Assembly (NCBI GenBank): GCA_977017645.1
Contig: OZ360246.1
Span: 14,446,001-14,510,000, forward strand
From: Torpedo marmorata
Taxonomy: Eukaryota
Reading direction: 5' to 3'
DNA length: 64,000 bases
Below the pieces are notes generated by a model. That model was not told the DNA's origin. It ran no database searches and saw only the letters and a list, made by a program, of their open reading frames with translations. Positions 37,314 through 50,258 of the stretch are shown here, in pieces. Position 1 is the stretch's first letter, and each line of letters begins with the position of its first letter. The position numbers were made by a program, and so were the translations under genes.

Positions 37314-40300
37314 GCCCTATGCCGAGCCTGGACCCCGGCCGCCGTCTCACCGGAGCTCCCAACGCCACAGCCGCCCACTCCTACCCACGCCCTGGGCGCC
37401 AACACGAAGGTACTCCCAACGCTACGGCCACCCACCCCAGCCCAGACCCCGAGTCTCTACTCACCAGAGTTCCCGATGCCTCCACTGCCGACTCCTGGCA
37501 CAGACTGTTACCTGCTGGAACCTCCTACGCTGACTGCCACTGGAGTCCTCATCTCGCTACTAGATCCCACTTACCTAGCCCCCTCACTACTCCTTCCCAA
37601 TCCTCCTACACCTCCCCCTACTCCACCCCCATCTCCCCCTCTCTGCCCCCCTCTCCTCCCCAACCCTCAGACCTCATCCCTTCCCTTCCCTCCATCCCCC
37701 CCTCTCTCTGGCTACCCTCCCTACCCCCCTCTCCCACCCTCCTACCTCCCCACCTCCCCCCTCTGACCCCCCCTCTGACCCCCCCTCCCCCCACCAACAC
37801 CCCTCCTCCTCCCTCCAACCTCCCCCACCCTCCACCTCCCCCCTCTGACCTCCCCAACCCTCCCCAACCCTCCCCCTCCCCCAACACCCTCCACAACACT
37901 GATCCCCACTCTAACCCCTACTATCCCCTCCGACCTTCCCCTCTCTGAGACGGAGCGCTCGGTCCTCAGTAGAGGCCTCACCTTCGTCCCCCTCCGCCAA
38001 CACCTCAACGAGTTCCGCGCACGCCGTGATGCCGAACTCTTCTTCCGTCGCCTCCGCCTCCGGGCTCACTTCCATGACCATGACTCTCCATCCCCCACCT
38101 AAGACCCTTTCTCCCGCTTCAAGCCTCCTTCCTCTTCCTGGACACCTCGCCCTGGCCAGCTGCCCGCTCTGGACTTTTTTATTTCCAACTGCCGCCGAGA
38201 CATCAACCATCTCAAATCACCACCCCCCTCTTGTATTCCAACCTCACCTCCTCAGAATACTCTGCCCTCCACTCTCTCTGCAACAATCCCAACCTCACCA
38301 TCAAACCCGCAGACAAGGGCGGTGCGGTTGTGGCCAGTCGACAACTCTCAGACACCTCCTCCTACCAACCCCTCCCACAGGACCCCACCACTGCACATCA
38401 AGCCACTGTCTCCAACACCATCTCCGACCTCATCACCTACGGTCACCTCCCCTCCACGACCACCAACCTCATTCTCCCCCACCCCCGCACTGCCCGTTTC
38501 TACCTTCTACCCAAGATACACAAACCCAACCATCCGGGCAGACCCATTGTTTCTGCCTACTCCTGCCCCACCGAACTAGTTTCATCTTACCTTGACTCCA
38601 TCTTTTCTCCCCTGGTCCAATCCCTCCCCACCTACATCCGCGACATCTCACATGCCCTCCATCTCCTCAATGACTTCAGATTCCCTGAACCGGACCGCAT
38701 CATCTTCACCATGGATGTCCAATCCCTTTATACCTCTATCCCCCACACAGAAGGTCTGAAAGCACTTCGCTTCTTCCTGGACCAAAGACCCGACCAGTCA
38801 CCCTCTACCACCACCCTCCTCCGCCTGGCAGAACTTGTCCTCACTCTCAATAACTTCTCCTTCAACTCATCCCACTTCCTCCAAATCAAAGGAGTAGCCA
38901 TGGGTACCCGCATGGGTCCCAGCTACGCCTGCTTGTTTGTGGGCTTTGTGGAGCAATCCATGCTGCAAGCCTACACAGGCAAGACCCCTCATCTCTTCCT
39001 CCGTTATATCAACGACTACATCGGGGCTGCCTCATGCACCTGCAATGAGCTTGTCAACTTCATCCACTTCGCATCCAACTTCATTCCACCACGATCTCAA
39101 ACTCACCTGGTCCATCTCCGATAATACTCTCCCGTTCCTGGATCTCTCTGTCTCCATCTCAGGAGACAAGCTTTCCACCGACATTTACTACAAACCCTCC
39201 AACTCACACAACTATCTGGACTACACTTCCTCACACCCTGTCCCCTGCAAGGATTCCATCCCCTTCTCTCAATTTCTCCGTCTCTGCCGCATCTGTTCCC
39301 AAGATGAGGTGTTCCAGTCCAGATCTTCTGAAATGTCTGCCTTTTCCACAAACGTGGCTTCCCCTCCACCACCATCAACTCAGCCCTCATCCGCATCTCC
39401 TCCATTTCCTGCTCATCTGCCCTGGCCCCCTCTGCCCCCAGACGCAACAAACATAGAATCCCCCTCATCCTCACCTACCACCCCACCAGCCTCCGCATCC
39501 AACATATTATCCGCCGGAATATCCGGCACTAACTACATGATCCCACCACCAGACACATTTTTCCTTCTCCTCCCCTCTCGGCCTTCCGTAGGGACCGCTC
39601 CCTCCGCGATTCCCTCGTGCACTCATCCCTCCCCACCCATCGCACCCCCGGCACCTTCCCCTGCGCCCGCAGGAGGTGCAACACCTGCGCCCACACCTCC
39701 CCCCTCACCACGGTCCAGGGCCCCAAACAGGCCTTCCAAGTGAAACTACACTTCACTTGTACATCCAGAGAACTTATTTACTGCATCTGGTGCTCCCTTT
39801 GTGGCTTTCTCTACATCGGAGAGACCGGTCGTAGATTAGGAGATCGCTTTGCTGAGCACCTCCTCTCCGTCCGCAACAACAGCGACCTCCCAGAAGCCAA
39901 CCATTTCAATTCCGGGTCACACTCCCACACTCACATGTCTGTCCATGGCCTTATGTACTATCCCACCCAGACTACTCGCAAATTGGAGGAACAACATCTC
40001 ATTTTCCGTCTGGGCACTCTCCAGCCAGATGGCATTAACATTGACTTTTCTTCTTTCCACTAAACCTGCTTGTCGTTTCCTTCCCCTCCCCCCTCACCTG
40101 TCCTTATTGTTTTTCTCCACCCACCCAGCCATCCATCCTCCCCCTCTTTGCTGCTGTCCCCTCCCTCCTTTCTCCACCTATCATCTCCTGCCTTTGCCAC
40201 CCCCCTTCCCCCCTCACTCTTTTGTTCGGACGCCTGTCAGCATTTTCTCATACTTTGATGAAGGGCTCAAGCCCGAAACGTCGGTTATATATTTCTACCT

Positions 40301-40457
40301 TTGCTACATAAAAGAGTAAACACGAAAATCTGTAGACACCGTGGTTGAAGTAAAAAACACAAAAGCTGGCGAACTCAGCAGGTCAAACAGTGTCTTTTAT
40401 GTAGCAAAGGTAGAAATACATAACCGACGTTTCAGGCTTGAGCCCTTCATCAAAGTA
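37314..40457 (+). mobile_element. Penelope-like retroelement (RT + GIY-YIG endonuclease), frameshifted, with inverted 3' pseudo-LTR
   Basis: IKPADKGGAVV, FYLLPKIHK..GRPIVS, MDVQSLYTSIP, GVAMGTRMGP, RYINDY; GIY-YIG LIYCIWC..C..LYIGETGRRL..RFAEH. Confidence 0.92.
40249..40292 (+). ncRNA. Minimal hammerhead-ribozyme-like motif in the Penelope pLTR (C3U variant)
   Basis: TTGATGA-A-GGGC-TCAA-GCCC-GAAAC-GTCG-GTTA; antisense copies near 5590-5632, 40415-40458 and 58375-58416. Confidence 0.5.
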
Positions 40458-43400
40458 TTGGGTCTAGACTAGACCCAATTATTACTGAAATATTTTGCTT
40501 GAGAAAAATTGTCATTGGCCCATTTCCTTTGGAGTTATGAAACCGTGCACATAACGAGTCAATTAGGTACGATTAAAACAGTGGTTTTCAAACTTTTTCT
40601 TTCCACTCACATACCACCTTAAGCAATCCCTTACTAATCAGAGCACCTATGGCATAGGGATTACTTAAGGTGGTATGTGAGTGGAAAGAAAAAGTTTGAA
40701 ACCACTGGGTTAGATTGATCCTCTCTCATAGAGTTAGTACAGTCAGTTGTCTCAATTACAATAATGGAGGATGACCACTGGGGAATATTATCCTGTATCG
40801 GACACATCTTCAGTTGTATTGCCTGGTATCATTGGGTGTTTCGGCCTTTTAAACACAAGACACCCTCTGCCAAGGCAGGCCCACCACAGGCTGATGAGAC
40901 CTGGGTGTGCGTCCTATATCCGTTTCTCCTAGTGGTCATTTGGAGCCCAGATAGGATCCCTCCTTTTCAGCCAGAGCCAGTGACTGCTCGTATGCATAGA
41001 TTTGGATATATTTAAGTTCGGAAGAACAAGATCAAATGTAATCCTGCCATTACTGCCTACTCATTTATTACCAAAGAAAGATTTTCACATTGAACTCAAC
41101 TGTGCCAGGCCAAGTGGCACAGACTCAACTAAAATCTCAAATACACCATCCAGAAAGTATTTTTGGCTTGCAAATCTATTTTTACAGATGCAGCGGAAAC
41201 AATCAAGTTTTGTTCATCGCTGCTGTGCAGAATCCAGAGACTCTTTCTTCTTAAAAGTATATATTTAAAAGTTATTCTTTCATAGTCAGAGCTGTAAAAC
41301 AAGCTGGACAGGTTTCTATTCTATTTCAAGATGAAATGTCAGTCAAAGGGAAGGAGTTCAGGGGTCAACATAAATGCACGATGAATAATATCATCATGTT
41401 CTCTTTATTATACGAGCACAACAGAATACCATAGCAGCCATGCTCCCCCAAACAACACTAACAACTGTTTTATAGATGTTCCTACGGCCACATTCATATT
41501 GTACGGTACGATAGAAATTGCCTCTGTCCAACTGAGTGATGAGCGTCTATAGCAGTGTGCCTGGAACATAAAAAAGGGTGTCGCAACAGATCAGAGCAAT
41601 GTAGGATGACGGGAATCTTTCGGATCCCTTGGATTATCTAAAGTTAAAATGGATGTTGGGAAGAGGAAGTTGAATCAAACCACCTTACAATACAGGAGGA
41701 TGCCAGACTTGCCAATTAGCCCCATTTAACTGCTCTTTTGCACATGTTCTCTTTTCAAATATAGATCAGGTTACATCAAATCTGCTCCAATGTCTTTTCA
41801 GGCAGTGCATTCCAGATCATAACATTTATTTTTCATCTTACCTCTTTTTGACAAATGTTTTTGTGCCCTTTGATTACCAACATTGCTGTTAGCAGAAACA
41901 ATTTGTTCTCAAAAATAGCACAGAACTCCTGTTAAATCATCTGTAACCTTCTCTGATTCAGAAATAACAATCACAGGAAATCTATATACTTGGTTCCCTA
42001 TCCCTGGTGCCATTCTACTAAAATCTGCCCTGTGCCCTCTCCAACTCTTTGAAATTTTAAAAAGAGTAGCGCACAGCACTTGACATAATTATGACCTAAT
42101 GGTTTAACTTAACTCACTTTTCCGCACAAATTCTTTTATTCAACAAATTATCAGTGGTGTTGTGGAATATCCCTGATCTCTCTACCACTGGCAGTCCTAC
42201 TTCAGCTATTTTGCCCCATGCTCTCAAACTCTCTTCATAAATCTCCCTGATTCTCCACCCCTCTCTCTCCTAGGTTTGTCCTTGAAACCTATCTCTCTCA
42301 TCATGCTTTTGATCGCCTTGTCCTAATACCTCCTTGTATTGCTCAGTTTCAAATTACATCCGAAAACATTTCTGTGAAGCACCCTGTGATGCAAGTTGAT
42401 GTTACATGGGGGCCTATTAGTAGGTCTTCTCTCTTCCAATAAATTCTTTGAAGTTGGGCATCTTTATGAGGAAGATCAACTGCATTGATCATGGGAGGGA
42501 CAGGAAGACGATAGGGAAAAACCTGCAGTCATCACACTCCCAGTGCTGTGAAGTCATTTTGACCAAACCCACTCCTGTTTCCACGTCCCATTAAGTTGGT
42601 AATTGCCACTGAATTCCTCAAAACAATTTGCCTTCCTTGTTGACAATCTTGAAGACTTAAAATATAAAATGAAAGGGATACTCATTAACTTCCTTCACCT
42701 GCAAGGTTTTCAAAGTCAAGATTGCAACCTACTGCTTGTTTTAGAAGGTAATGCAGCTTTAAGGAGGGCGGTGGTTTGAAATTCTGGGGTTTTTTGCTGA
42801 AATCATCAAAGTGCAGCTGGATATAACAAATTCCTCAGTTCCTTTTCAAACCACAACAAGCAGTCCCTGGGAGCTGATGGCTCTATTAGGATGATTGGAT
42901 CTGTTTCTCTCCACCTACACACACCCCTAATTTCATAGCTTTATTCAGAGTGAAGTAACAACATTCCTTGCTACTTGTCTCGCCCTTTAAAAATATTTCT
43001 TCCCTGGCTCATTTCTCCTGATCTAGTTCTGTTGCAAAGGGTTGTGTTTGCATTTCAATTATGGTTTTTAGACATAAGTACCGAGAATTTCTCGTCATCA
43101 ATTTGCATACTTATCCTCCAGAGTGGCCGTTCACACAGGAAGGACGTTTACACTAATTTCCTGCGTTGCGGTGATTTTGGAGGGTGGATGTCGTATTCAT
43201 TAGCCCATTGTTGCGGACCGCCTGCAATTTATTTTAGACTGCAGGAAGTCCGCAAAATTGTCTAGAGCTGCTGCAGGAAAAATGTCAGGATGGAAATTAG
43301 TTACTAATTTCCGTCACGACCTTTTTGCACAGCCAGCGTTGCGGGAATTTTACGAGAATTTCCCGTTACACAGTGGCTGTGTAAAAGTCATAATTGATTC

Positions 43401-43486
43401 TCACTCATTTTTATTGGTTCAAGTAAGAGGCATTGTCTAAAATGCATTTGCTACATGTGCATCAATGATCACAGATTCTACTACTG

Positions 43487-44080
43487 GTCATCGAAAACCT
43501 TGGCAAACTTCTACAGATGTGTACATTTCTGTAGATTTCTACAAAAAGTATGCTGACCAGCTGCATCACGGCCTGGAACCTCTGAGCGGAAAGCCCTGCA
43601 AAAGGCAGTGGACACAGCCCAGTACATCACAGGCAAAACTCTCCCCACCATCAAGAAAATCTACATGGAATACTGCTGTCGGAGAGCAGCAGCAGCAATC
43701 ATCAAGGATCCACACCACCCAGGATTTGCTCTGTTCTCACCACTCCCATCAGGAAAGAGGTATAGGTGCCACAAGACTTGTACCACCAGGTTCAGGAACA
43801 GTTGCTACACCACCACCATCAGAGTCCGAAACAACAAACTCAATCAGAGACTCATTTAAGGACTCTTACTTTGCATATTATTTATGACTGAATTTTTTTT
43901 TTCGGTATTGCATGGTCAGTTTGTTTATATTTCTCTCTTTTGTATACATTTTTTTTCTTGAGTACCGTTTTTTGCACTACTGATAAATAGAAATTCTGCC
44001 TGGCCTGCAGGAAAATGAATCTCAGGGTTGTATGTGATGTCATGTATGTACCCTGACAATAAATCTGAACTTTGAACTTT
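43487..44080 (+). mobile_element. Rex1/Babar-like LINE 3' end
   Basis: KTLANFYRC..DTAQYITGKTLPTI..PSGKRYRCHKT; tail TGACAATAAATCTGAACTTTGAACTTT. Confidence 0.8.
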
Positions 44081-44704
44081 GGTCAGACAGCCCATGTACC
44101 CAAATCTACCTCTTTTTCAACAGCACTAACATGGACCTAGAAACAAGAGCACTTGCCCATTCAGTATTTCCTAGCTGATAAGCATCTCAAATCATTTTAT
44201 GCACATTAGTTACATACTCCTTGCCTAATGGTTTTGGCCATCTCGTGCAAGGTGATAAACATCAGAGAAAGGGTGGAACACTCCACTGTCTCAAGGCTTC
44301 TGTCCTAGCAGTCGGGAAGTTCAGGATGCTGGCATTATTGTCTCTGATAGAGGTTACATAGGCTTTTTCACCACTCGGTTTTTGGGGCTTTGAGCTGCTT
44401 TTGGTGAGAAACAAGTAGGACAGAAATTGGTGAATTGGCAAGAGGTAGTTGGTTGGGGAAGGGCCAAATGGGAACTGCCTCGCAGCATTTGGGGTCACAG
44501 ATGCATGAGAGTGTTGAGCTCAGGAGAGGAATCAGCCAAAGGTTAAGTTGGTGAGAATGGGCTGGTGGGTTGGAGAAGCAATCAGGTGTCCCGCACAACA
44601 TCAGCAGTGCGTTGGGGTGGAGGATGCATAGGATGGGAGAAAACAACAAAAAGTTTCTTTAAAGAAGGACCTGCCTGGGTGTAGATTCAACACCTCAGGC
44701 CACA

Positions 44705-46935
44705 GCCAAAGACCTCACAAAATATAGCCGCTGACGAGCCTTCTTTGTGATTGCATCAACGTGGAGGCTCCAGGACAGGGCCTCAGAGGTGCTGACACCC
44801 AGGAATTTGTAGTTCTTGACCCTCTCCACGACTGAGCCCTCGATGAGGACTGGGTCGTGTTCCCCTGACTTCCTCCTGAAGTCCACAATCATCTCCTTGG
44901 TTTTGCTGACGTTGAGCACAAGGTTGTTGTCGTTACACCATTCAACGAGCTGATCTATCTCCCTCCTGTACGCTTCCTCATTGCCGTTTGTGATTCTGCC
45001 GACAACTGTGGTGTCATTGGCAAACTTGTAGATGGCATTGGAATTGTGCCTGGCCACACAGTCATGGGTGTATAAGGAGTAGAGCAGTGGGCTAAGCATG
45101 CATCCTTGGCATGCGCCTGTGTTGATAATCAGTCAGGAGGAGACGTTTCCAATTCGTACTGACTGTGATCTTCCGATGAGAAAGTCAAGGATCCAGTTGC
45201 AGAGGGGGGTACAGAGGCCTAGAGTTTGTAGCTTCTTGACCAGCACTGAGGGAATAATGGTATTGAAGGCCGAGCTGTAGTCGATGAAGAGCAGCCGTAA
45301 GTATGAATTGCTGTTTTCGAGGTGATCCAGAGCTGAGTGGAGAGCCAGCGATATTGCATCTGCTGTGGAGCGATTGTGACGATAGGCGAATTGCAGTGGG
45401 TCCAGATCTTTGCTTAGGTACGTGTTAATTCTGGCCATGACCAGCCTCTCAAAGCATTTCATCACAGTAGAAGTTAATGCTACTGGGTGGTAGTCGTTGA
45501 GGCAGCTCACACTACTCTTGGGTACTGGGATGATTGATGCCCTTTTGAAGCAAGTGGGAACCTCTGACTGCCGCAATGAGAGGTTGAGAATGTCCGTGAA
45601 CACTCCGGCTAGTTGGTTGGCGCAGATTTTCAGTACCTTGCCAGGTACACCGTCAGGGCCTGATGTCTTGCAAGGGTTCACCCTCTTGAATGATGTTCTG
45701 ACGTCGTCCTCAGAGACAGATATCACAGGCAGGGATTCTAGTAGGCACTGTTTGGTTCTTCTTCTCAAAGCGGGCATAGAAGGTGTTCAGCTCATCGGGT
45801 AGTGAAGCATCACAGCCGTCTATAGTGTTCGCCCACGCTTTGTAAGCTTCCTCCGGAATTGCCACTTTGCTTCAGAGATGGCCTTTCGCAGGTCGTGCCT
45901 GGACTTCTTGTAAAGATCCCGATCACCGGCCTTTAACGCCCTTGTTCTCGCCCTCAGCAGGTTGCGAATTCTTTGATTCATCCAGGGCTTCTAGTTGGGG
46001 AACACCTGGTACCTGTATTTGCGCGTGGACACACACTCATCCACGCAGGTCTTGATGAAGTCCGTGACACCTGTTGCATATTCATTCAGGTCTATGGATG
46101 AGTTCTTGAATATATTCCAATTCACCGATTCAAAGCAGTCCTGCAGATGCTCCTCCGAAACACTCGACCATACTTTCGCCATCCTCACCACTGGTGCTGT
46201 GGTCTTCAGTCTCTGCTTGTACGCCGGGAGTAGAAGTACAGCCAGGTGATCAGACTTGCCGAAGTGCGGTCATGGTATGGCTCGGTATGCGTTCTTCATG
46301 GTGGTGTAGCAGTGGTCGAGTGTGTTGGTTCCCCTGGTCTCGCATGTGATGTGTTGGTGGTAGTTTGTCAGTGACTTCTTCAGGTTGGCCTGATTGAAGT
46401 CTCCCATGATGATCGGGAAGGCATCAGGATGTGCTGTCTCATGGCTGTTTATCACAGTGCTCAATCCCTCCAGTGCCAGCCTGACGTTAGACTGGGGCGG
46501 AATGTATACTGTGACCAGGATGATGGCGGTGAATGCCCTCGGCAGATAGAATGGGCGACATTTGATCGCCAGATGTTCCAGGTCAGGGGAGCAGGACTGG
46601 GACACGACCATCACGTCTGTGCACCACGATGAATTGATGATGGCACAAATGCCGCCTCCCCTGGTTTTTGCAGACGCCGGTGTTCGGTCAGCGCGATGGA
46701 GGGTGTAGCCCTTGGGCTGCAGTGCCGTGTCCGGAATGTCCGCGTTTAGCCATGTTTCTGTAAAGCACATCACGCAGCACTCCCTGATGACTCTCTGATG
46801 TTGAAGTCTGGCTTGGAGTTCACCAAGTTTGTTCTCCAAGGTTTGTACGTTGGCCAGGAGGATGGTAGGGAGCGGAAGTTTCAGGTCCCAGCGTCTCAGC
46901 TTGACCTGCAGCCCCCCTCTGCGTCCACGGACAAG
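44705..46935 (-). mobile_element. Rex1/Babar-like LINE, APE endonuclease plus RT, frameshifted and truncated
   Basis: APE: LANVQTLENK, CFTETWL, GDFNQ, TLDHCY; RT: [46 protein letters not shown]. Confidence 0.9.
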
Positions 46936-47024
46936 GAAAGGAGGACAGAAGTTGGCAGATGATACCAAAATTGGCAGTGTGGCTGAAGAAAATTCTTGGC
47001 TGCTGGAAAATATCAAATGTCATA

Positions 47025-47272
47025 GGGCGCCACGGTTAGCGTAGCAACGCTATAACAGTGCTAGCGATCGGGACCGGGGTTCAAATCCGGCGCTGTCTGT
47101 AAGAAGTTTGTACGTTCTCCTCGTGTCTGCATGGGCTTCCTCCAGGTGCTCCGGTTTCGTCCCACCGTTCAAAAAACGTACTGGGGGTGTAGGTCAATTG
47201 GCTGTATTTGGGTGGCATGGGCTCGTGGGCCGAAAGGGCCTGTTACCATGTTGTAAACCATTTAAAATTTGA
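47025..47272 (+). mobile_element. tRNA-derived V-SINE (HE1-like)
   Basis: Head, V-domain and CR1-like tail. Confidence 0.8.
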
Positions 47273-47559
47273 ATGGTTAGCTGTGCATTGATAATTCTGC
47301 TGCATCTTATGATGGCAAATGCTTGAAGTCTGATAATAGGCAGGATAAGCAATCCACTATGAATGATGCTTCCGTTTAACCCCAATGCAGTCAACAGCAG
47401 TAGATGGGAGCTGGATGATGGTAGACCCACCCCTACTGTCAGAGGCTGATTTCAAATATTCCTGACCCTTTTTTTTTCCAACTGTGTAAACTCCTCCTTC
47501 CAATGCAAATTCCCAGCTCCATCTGTCCTTGTTTTTGACTTCACAACCAATTCTGATTA

Positions 47560-49480
47560 CCATATATTTCGACGTATAAGTCGACCGGCAGATAAGTCGA
47601 CCCACCTTTTTCAGCCTCATTTTAATGGTTTTATGATATATCCGGCGTATAAGTCGATCCCCAAAAATTGCGATGCCTGAGATGTTGCGCATTGACCGGC
47701 GTATAAGTCAACCCTCAAAAATCGCGATGATTGAGCAGTTGGGCGTTGACCGGCGTATAGGTCGACCCCCAAAAATCGCGATGATTGAGCTGCTGGGCGT
47801 TGACCGGCGTATAAGTCGACCCACAACGATCGCGCTGATTGAGCTGCTGGGCGTTGGCTGGCGGTGATTGTTATCATGGAGGGTCAATTGAAACGACGAA
47901 AGTATGAGGCGAGTTTTAAATTGAAAGTTATAGAAATGGCCAAGAAAACCAACAACTGTGCTGCTGCAAGAAAATTTGATATATACGAGAAGTTGGTAAG
48001 AGATTGGAGGAAGAAAGAAGATACTTTAAGAAAAATACCAAAAAGGCAATGTTCGATGAGAAGAGGAATCACTCGTTGGCCAGAGTTGGAAAATCACGTC
48101 GCAACATGGGTACGTGAACAGAGGCAAGATTGCTACATAGTCACCCGAAATAAAATAAGAACATTTGCACTGAACTGGGCAAAGTCGCACCCAGAACTCA
48201 GTAATGATTTTGAAGCTACAGTAGGCTGGTGCAACCGTTTTATGAACAGGAAAAATTTGGTATTACGACAAAAAACTAAAATTGCTCAGAAACTACCAAA
48301 AGATCTTGATCATAAAGTTGTAAGTTTTCACCAGTTTATATTACATAACCGGCAGAAACACAAGTTTGCATTGGCAAATATTGGAAACATGGACAAAACC
48401 CCCATGAATTTTGACATGATAGGCAATAGAACAGTGGAATGGAAAGGTGTGAAAACTGTGCAAACGAGGAGTACAAGACATGAAAGGACCAGGTTTACTG
48501 TGGTGTTATCGTGCATGGCTGACGGGACAAAGTTACGACCCATGGTAATCTTCAAACGCAAATTTAAACCTAAAATAAAATTCCCTGCAGGTATTTTTGT
48601 ACATTTTTATGAAAAAGGATGGATGGATGAAAATGGTGTAAAACTATGGATAGACAATGTGTGGAACAGGCGGCCAGGCGGTTTACGCAAGGAACGGAGT
48701 TTGCTGGTCTGGGATATGTTTCGTAGCCACTTAACTGAGAAGACTAAAAGTACATTAGCACAACATAATACTTACATGGCGGTTATCCCGGGTGGTTTGA
48801 CGTCTATATTGCAACCTCTCGATGTCTGCTTGAACAAGCCATTCAAAGACCACGTGCGTGAAGAGTGGAATACATGGATGACGAGTGCAGAAAAATCATT
48901 TACAAAAGACGGGGCAATGCGTGCTGCATCGCTTGATGTGCTGTGTGACTTCGTGCTCAAGGCATGGGACAAAGTGAAAGTAGAGACTGTAATAAAATCG
49001 TTTAAAAAGTGCGGTATCTCTTGTGCAATTGATGGTACGGAAGATGATTTATTGTGGGACACTGACGACGAAGCTGAAGACGCCTCATCAGATACAGACT
49101 GGGACCCATACAATGACTGTTTAAACAGTGAGACCCCGGATGTGCTTGCCGAGGTCTTTGCCTCAGACTATGATAGCGAAAGTGATTTTGAAGGGTTCTA
49201 AATGTCTTGTTGTTTTCAATAAAAATGTCAATGAAAATTTGTTGCAGTCGGGTTTTTTTTTGGTTTTTCAGGGGTCGACTTATACGCCGAATCATGTTTT
49301 CAGGGGTCGACTTATACGCCGAATCGTGTTTCAGGGGTCGACTTATACGCCGAATCGGCATGAACTCGATTTTGAGCTGATTTTAAGGTCTCAAAAGTAT
49401 ATCCGGTGTATAAGTCGACCCCCATTTTTTGAGACATTTTTGAGGGTTTCAAGGGTCGACTTATATGCCGAAATATACGG
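47560..49480 (+). mobile_element. pogo-superfamily (Passer/POGK-like) DNA transposon, full length
   Basis: TIRs CC[A/G]TATATTTCG..GTATAAGTCGAC, TA TSD at 47558-47559 and 49481-49482, subterminal repeats. Confidence 0.92.
47876..49201 (+). CDS. pogo-type DD35D transposase (Brinker-like DBD, CENP-B HTH, DDE_1 domain, acidic tail), 441 aa from first ATG
   Basis: RRKYEASFKLKVI; WCNRFMNR; GNMD, LLVWD, LQPLD with 35 residues between the last two Asp. Confidence 0.9.
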   Translation: MEGQLKRRKYEASFKLKVIEMAKKTNNCAAARKFDIYEKLVRDWRKKEDTLRKIPKRQCSMRRGITRWPELENHVATWVREQRQDCYIVTRNKIRTFALNWAKSHPELSNDFEATVGWCNRFMNRKNLVLRQKTKIAQKLPKDLDHKVVSFHQFILHNRQKHKFALANIGNMDKTPMNFDMIGNRTVEWKGVKTVQTRSTRHERTRFTVVLSCMADGTKLRPMVIFKRKFKPKIKFPAGIFVHFYEKGWMDENGVKLWIDNVWNRRPGGLRKERSLLVWDMFRSHLTEKTKSTLAQHNTYMAVIPGGLTSILQPLDVCLNKPFKDHVREEWNTWMTSAEKSFTKDGAMRAASLDVLCDFVLKAWDKVKVETVIKSFKKCGISCAIDGTEDDLLWDTDDEAEDASSDTDWDPYNDCLNSETPDVLAEVFASDYDSESDFEGF

Positions 49481-50258
49481 TAATTTCTCAAATTACCTTC
49501 CCTTGGAAAAAAATACTGGTTTTAATCTCTCATCTGCTACCCTGTTCATTGTAATCCTGTGAATGAACAGTGAAAGGAGCTGAACAGATGTGGAATGTTA
49601 CATAGAAGCTTTGAGATGTTGGGAAAGGAAGACTTTACTTTGTATTACAACTTTCATGGCATGTGGGCCCTAATAGCCTTACAGACTATGCAGTATATTT
49701 TTGCCGTTGTAATATAGGAAACTTAGTGGCCAGCTCATGCACAACAGGATCCCATGAATATTAACGTGGAAATACCTGGTAATCTATTTATGGTATCACT
49801 GGCTGATGGACAAATACTGTCTGGGAAAATTCACTTTCTATTCTTACTCCCACCTGAGAGGGTCCTTGATTTAACACCCAAGAGCAATCATCTCCGACAA
49901 TTCACCTCTGCCCCCAACCTTCTGAGCAGTGGCGGATCAACCATTAGGCTGACTAGGCTGAAGCCTAGGGGCCCGGAGGGTAAAGGGGCCCGAGCCGCCT
50001 GATTTTTCAGTACTTTTGTATATATTATTTTCATTACAAATACTATTTTGTTATCTAAATTAGGGTCCAAACATATAAACATTTAGAAGTAAACAAGTAA
50101 TGCGTTTAGGGACTTACTTCGTACTGCAGGCTGCAGCCACGACTCCCCGTGAAATTGTGTTTACCATCTCCATGATGACGTTATTACGTCATCACCCGTC
50201 GCACGTCACGACGAGTTGGCGCTAGCAATGAAAAAGTGAGTCTGAGGTCTGCCTCCTG

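Larger units (their letters stand above)
37185..40707. mobile_element. Composite hAT element (two MITE units plus spacer) containing a Penelope-like insertion
   Basis: MITE units 37185-37313 and 40579-40707; perfect 8-bp TSD GGTTAGAT at 37177-37184 and 40708-40715. Confidence 0.85.

Noticed and set aside
37254-37948. Proline-rich ORFs
   Set aside because: C-rich low-complexity part of the Penelope element.
43487-44713. Inversion splitting a single Rex1 LINE (the plus-strand 3' piece starts roughly where the minus-strand piece stops)
   Set aside because: The plus-strand piece resembles the 16.9/29.3 kb subfamily, while the minus-strand piece resembles the 56.3 kb subfamily; independent insertions are more parsimonious.
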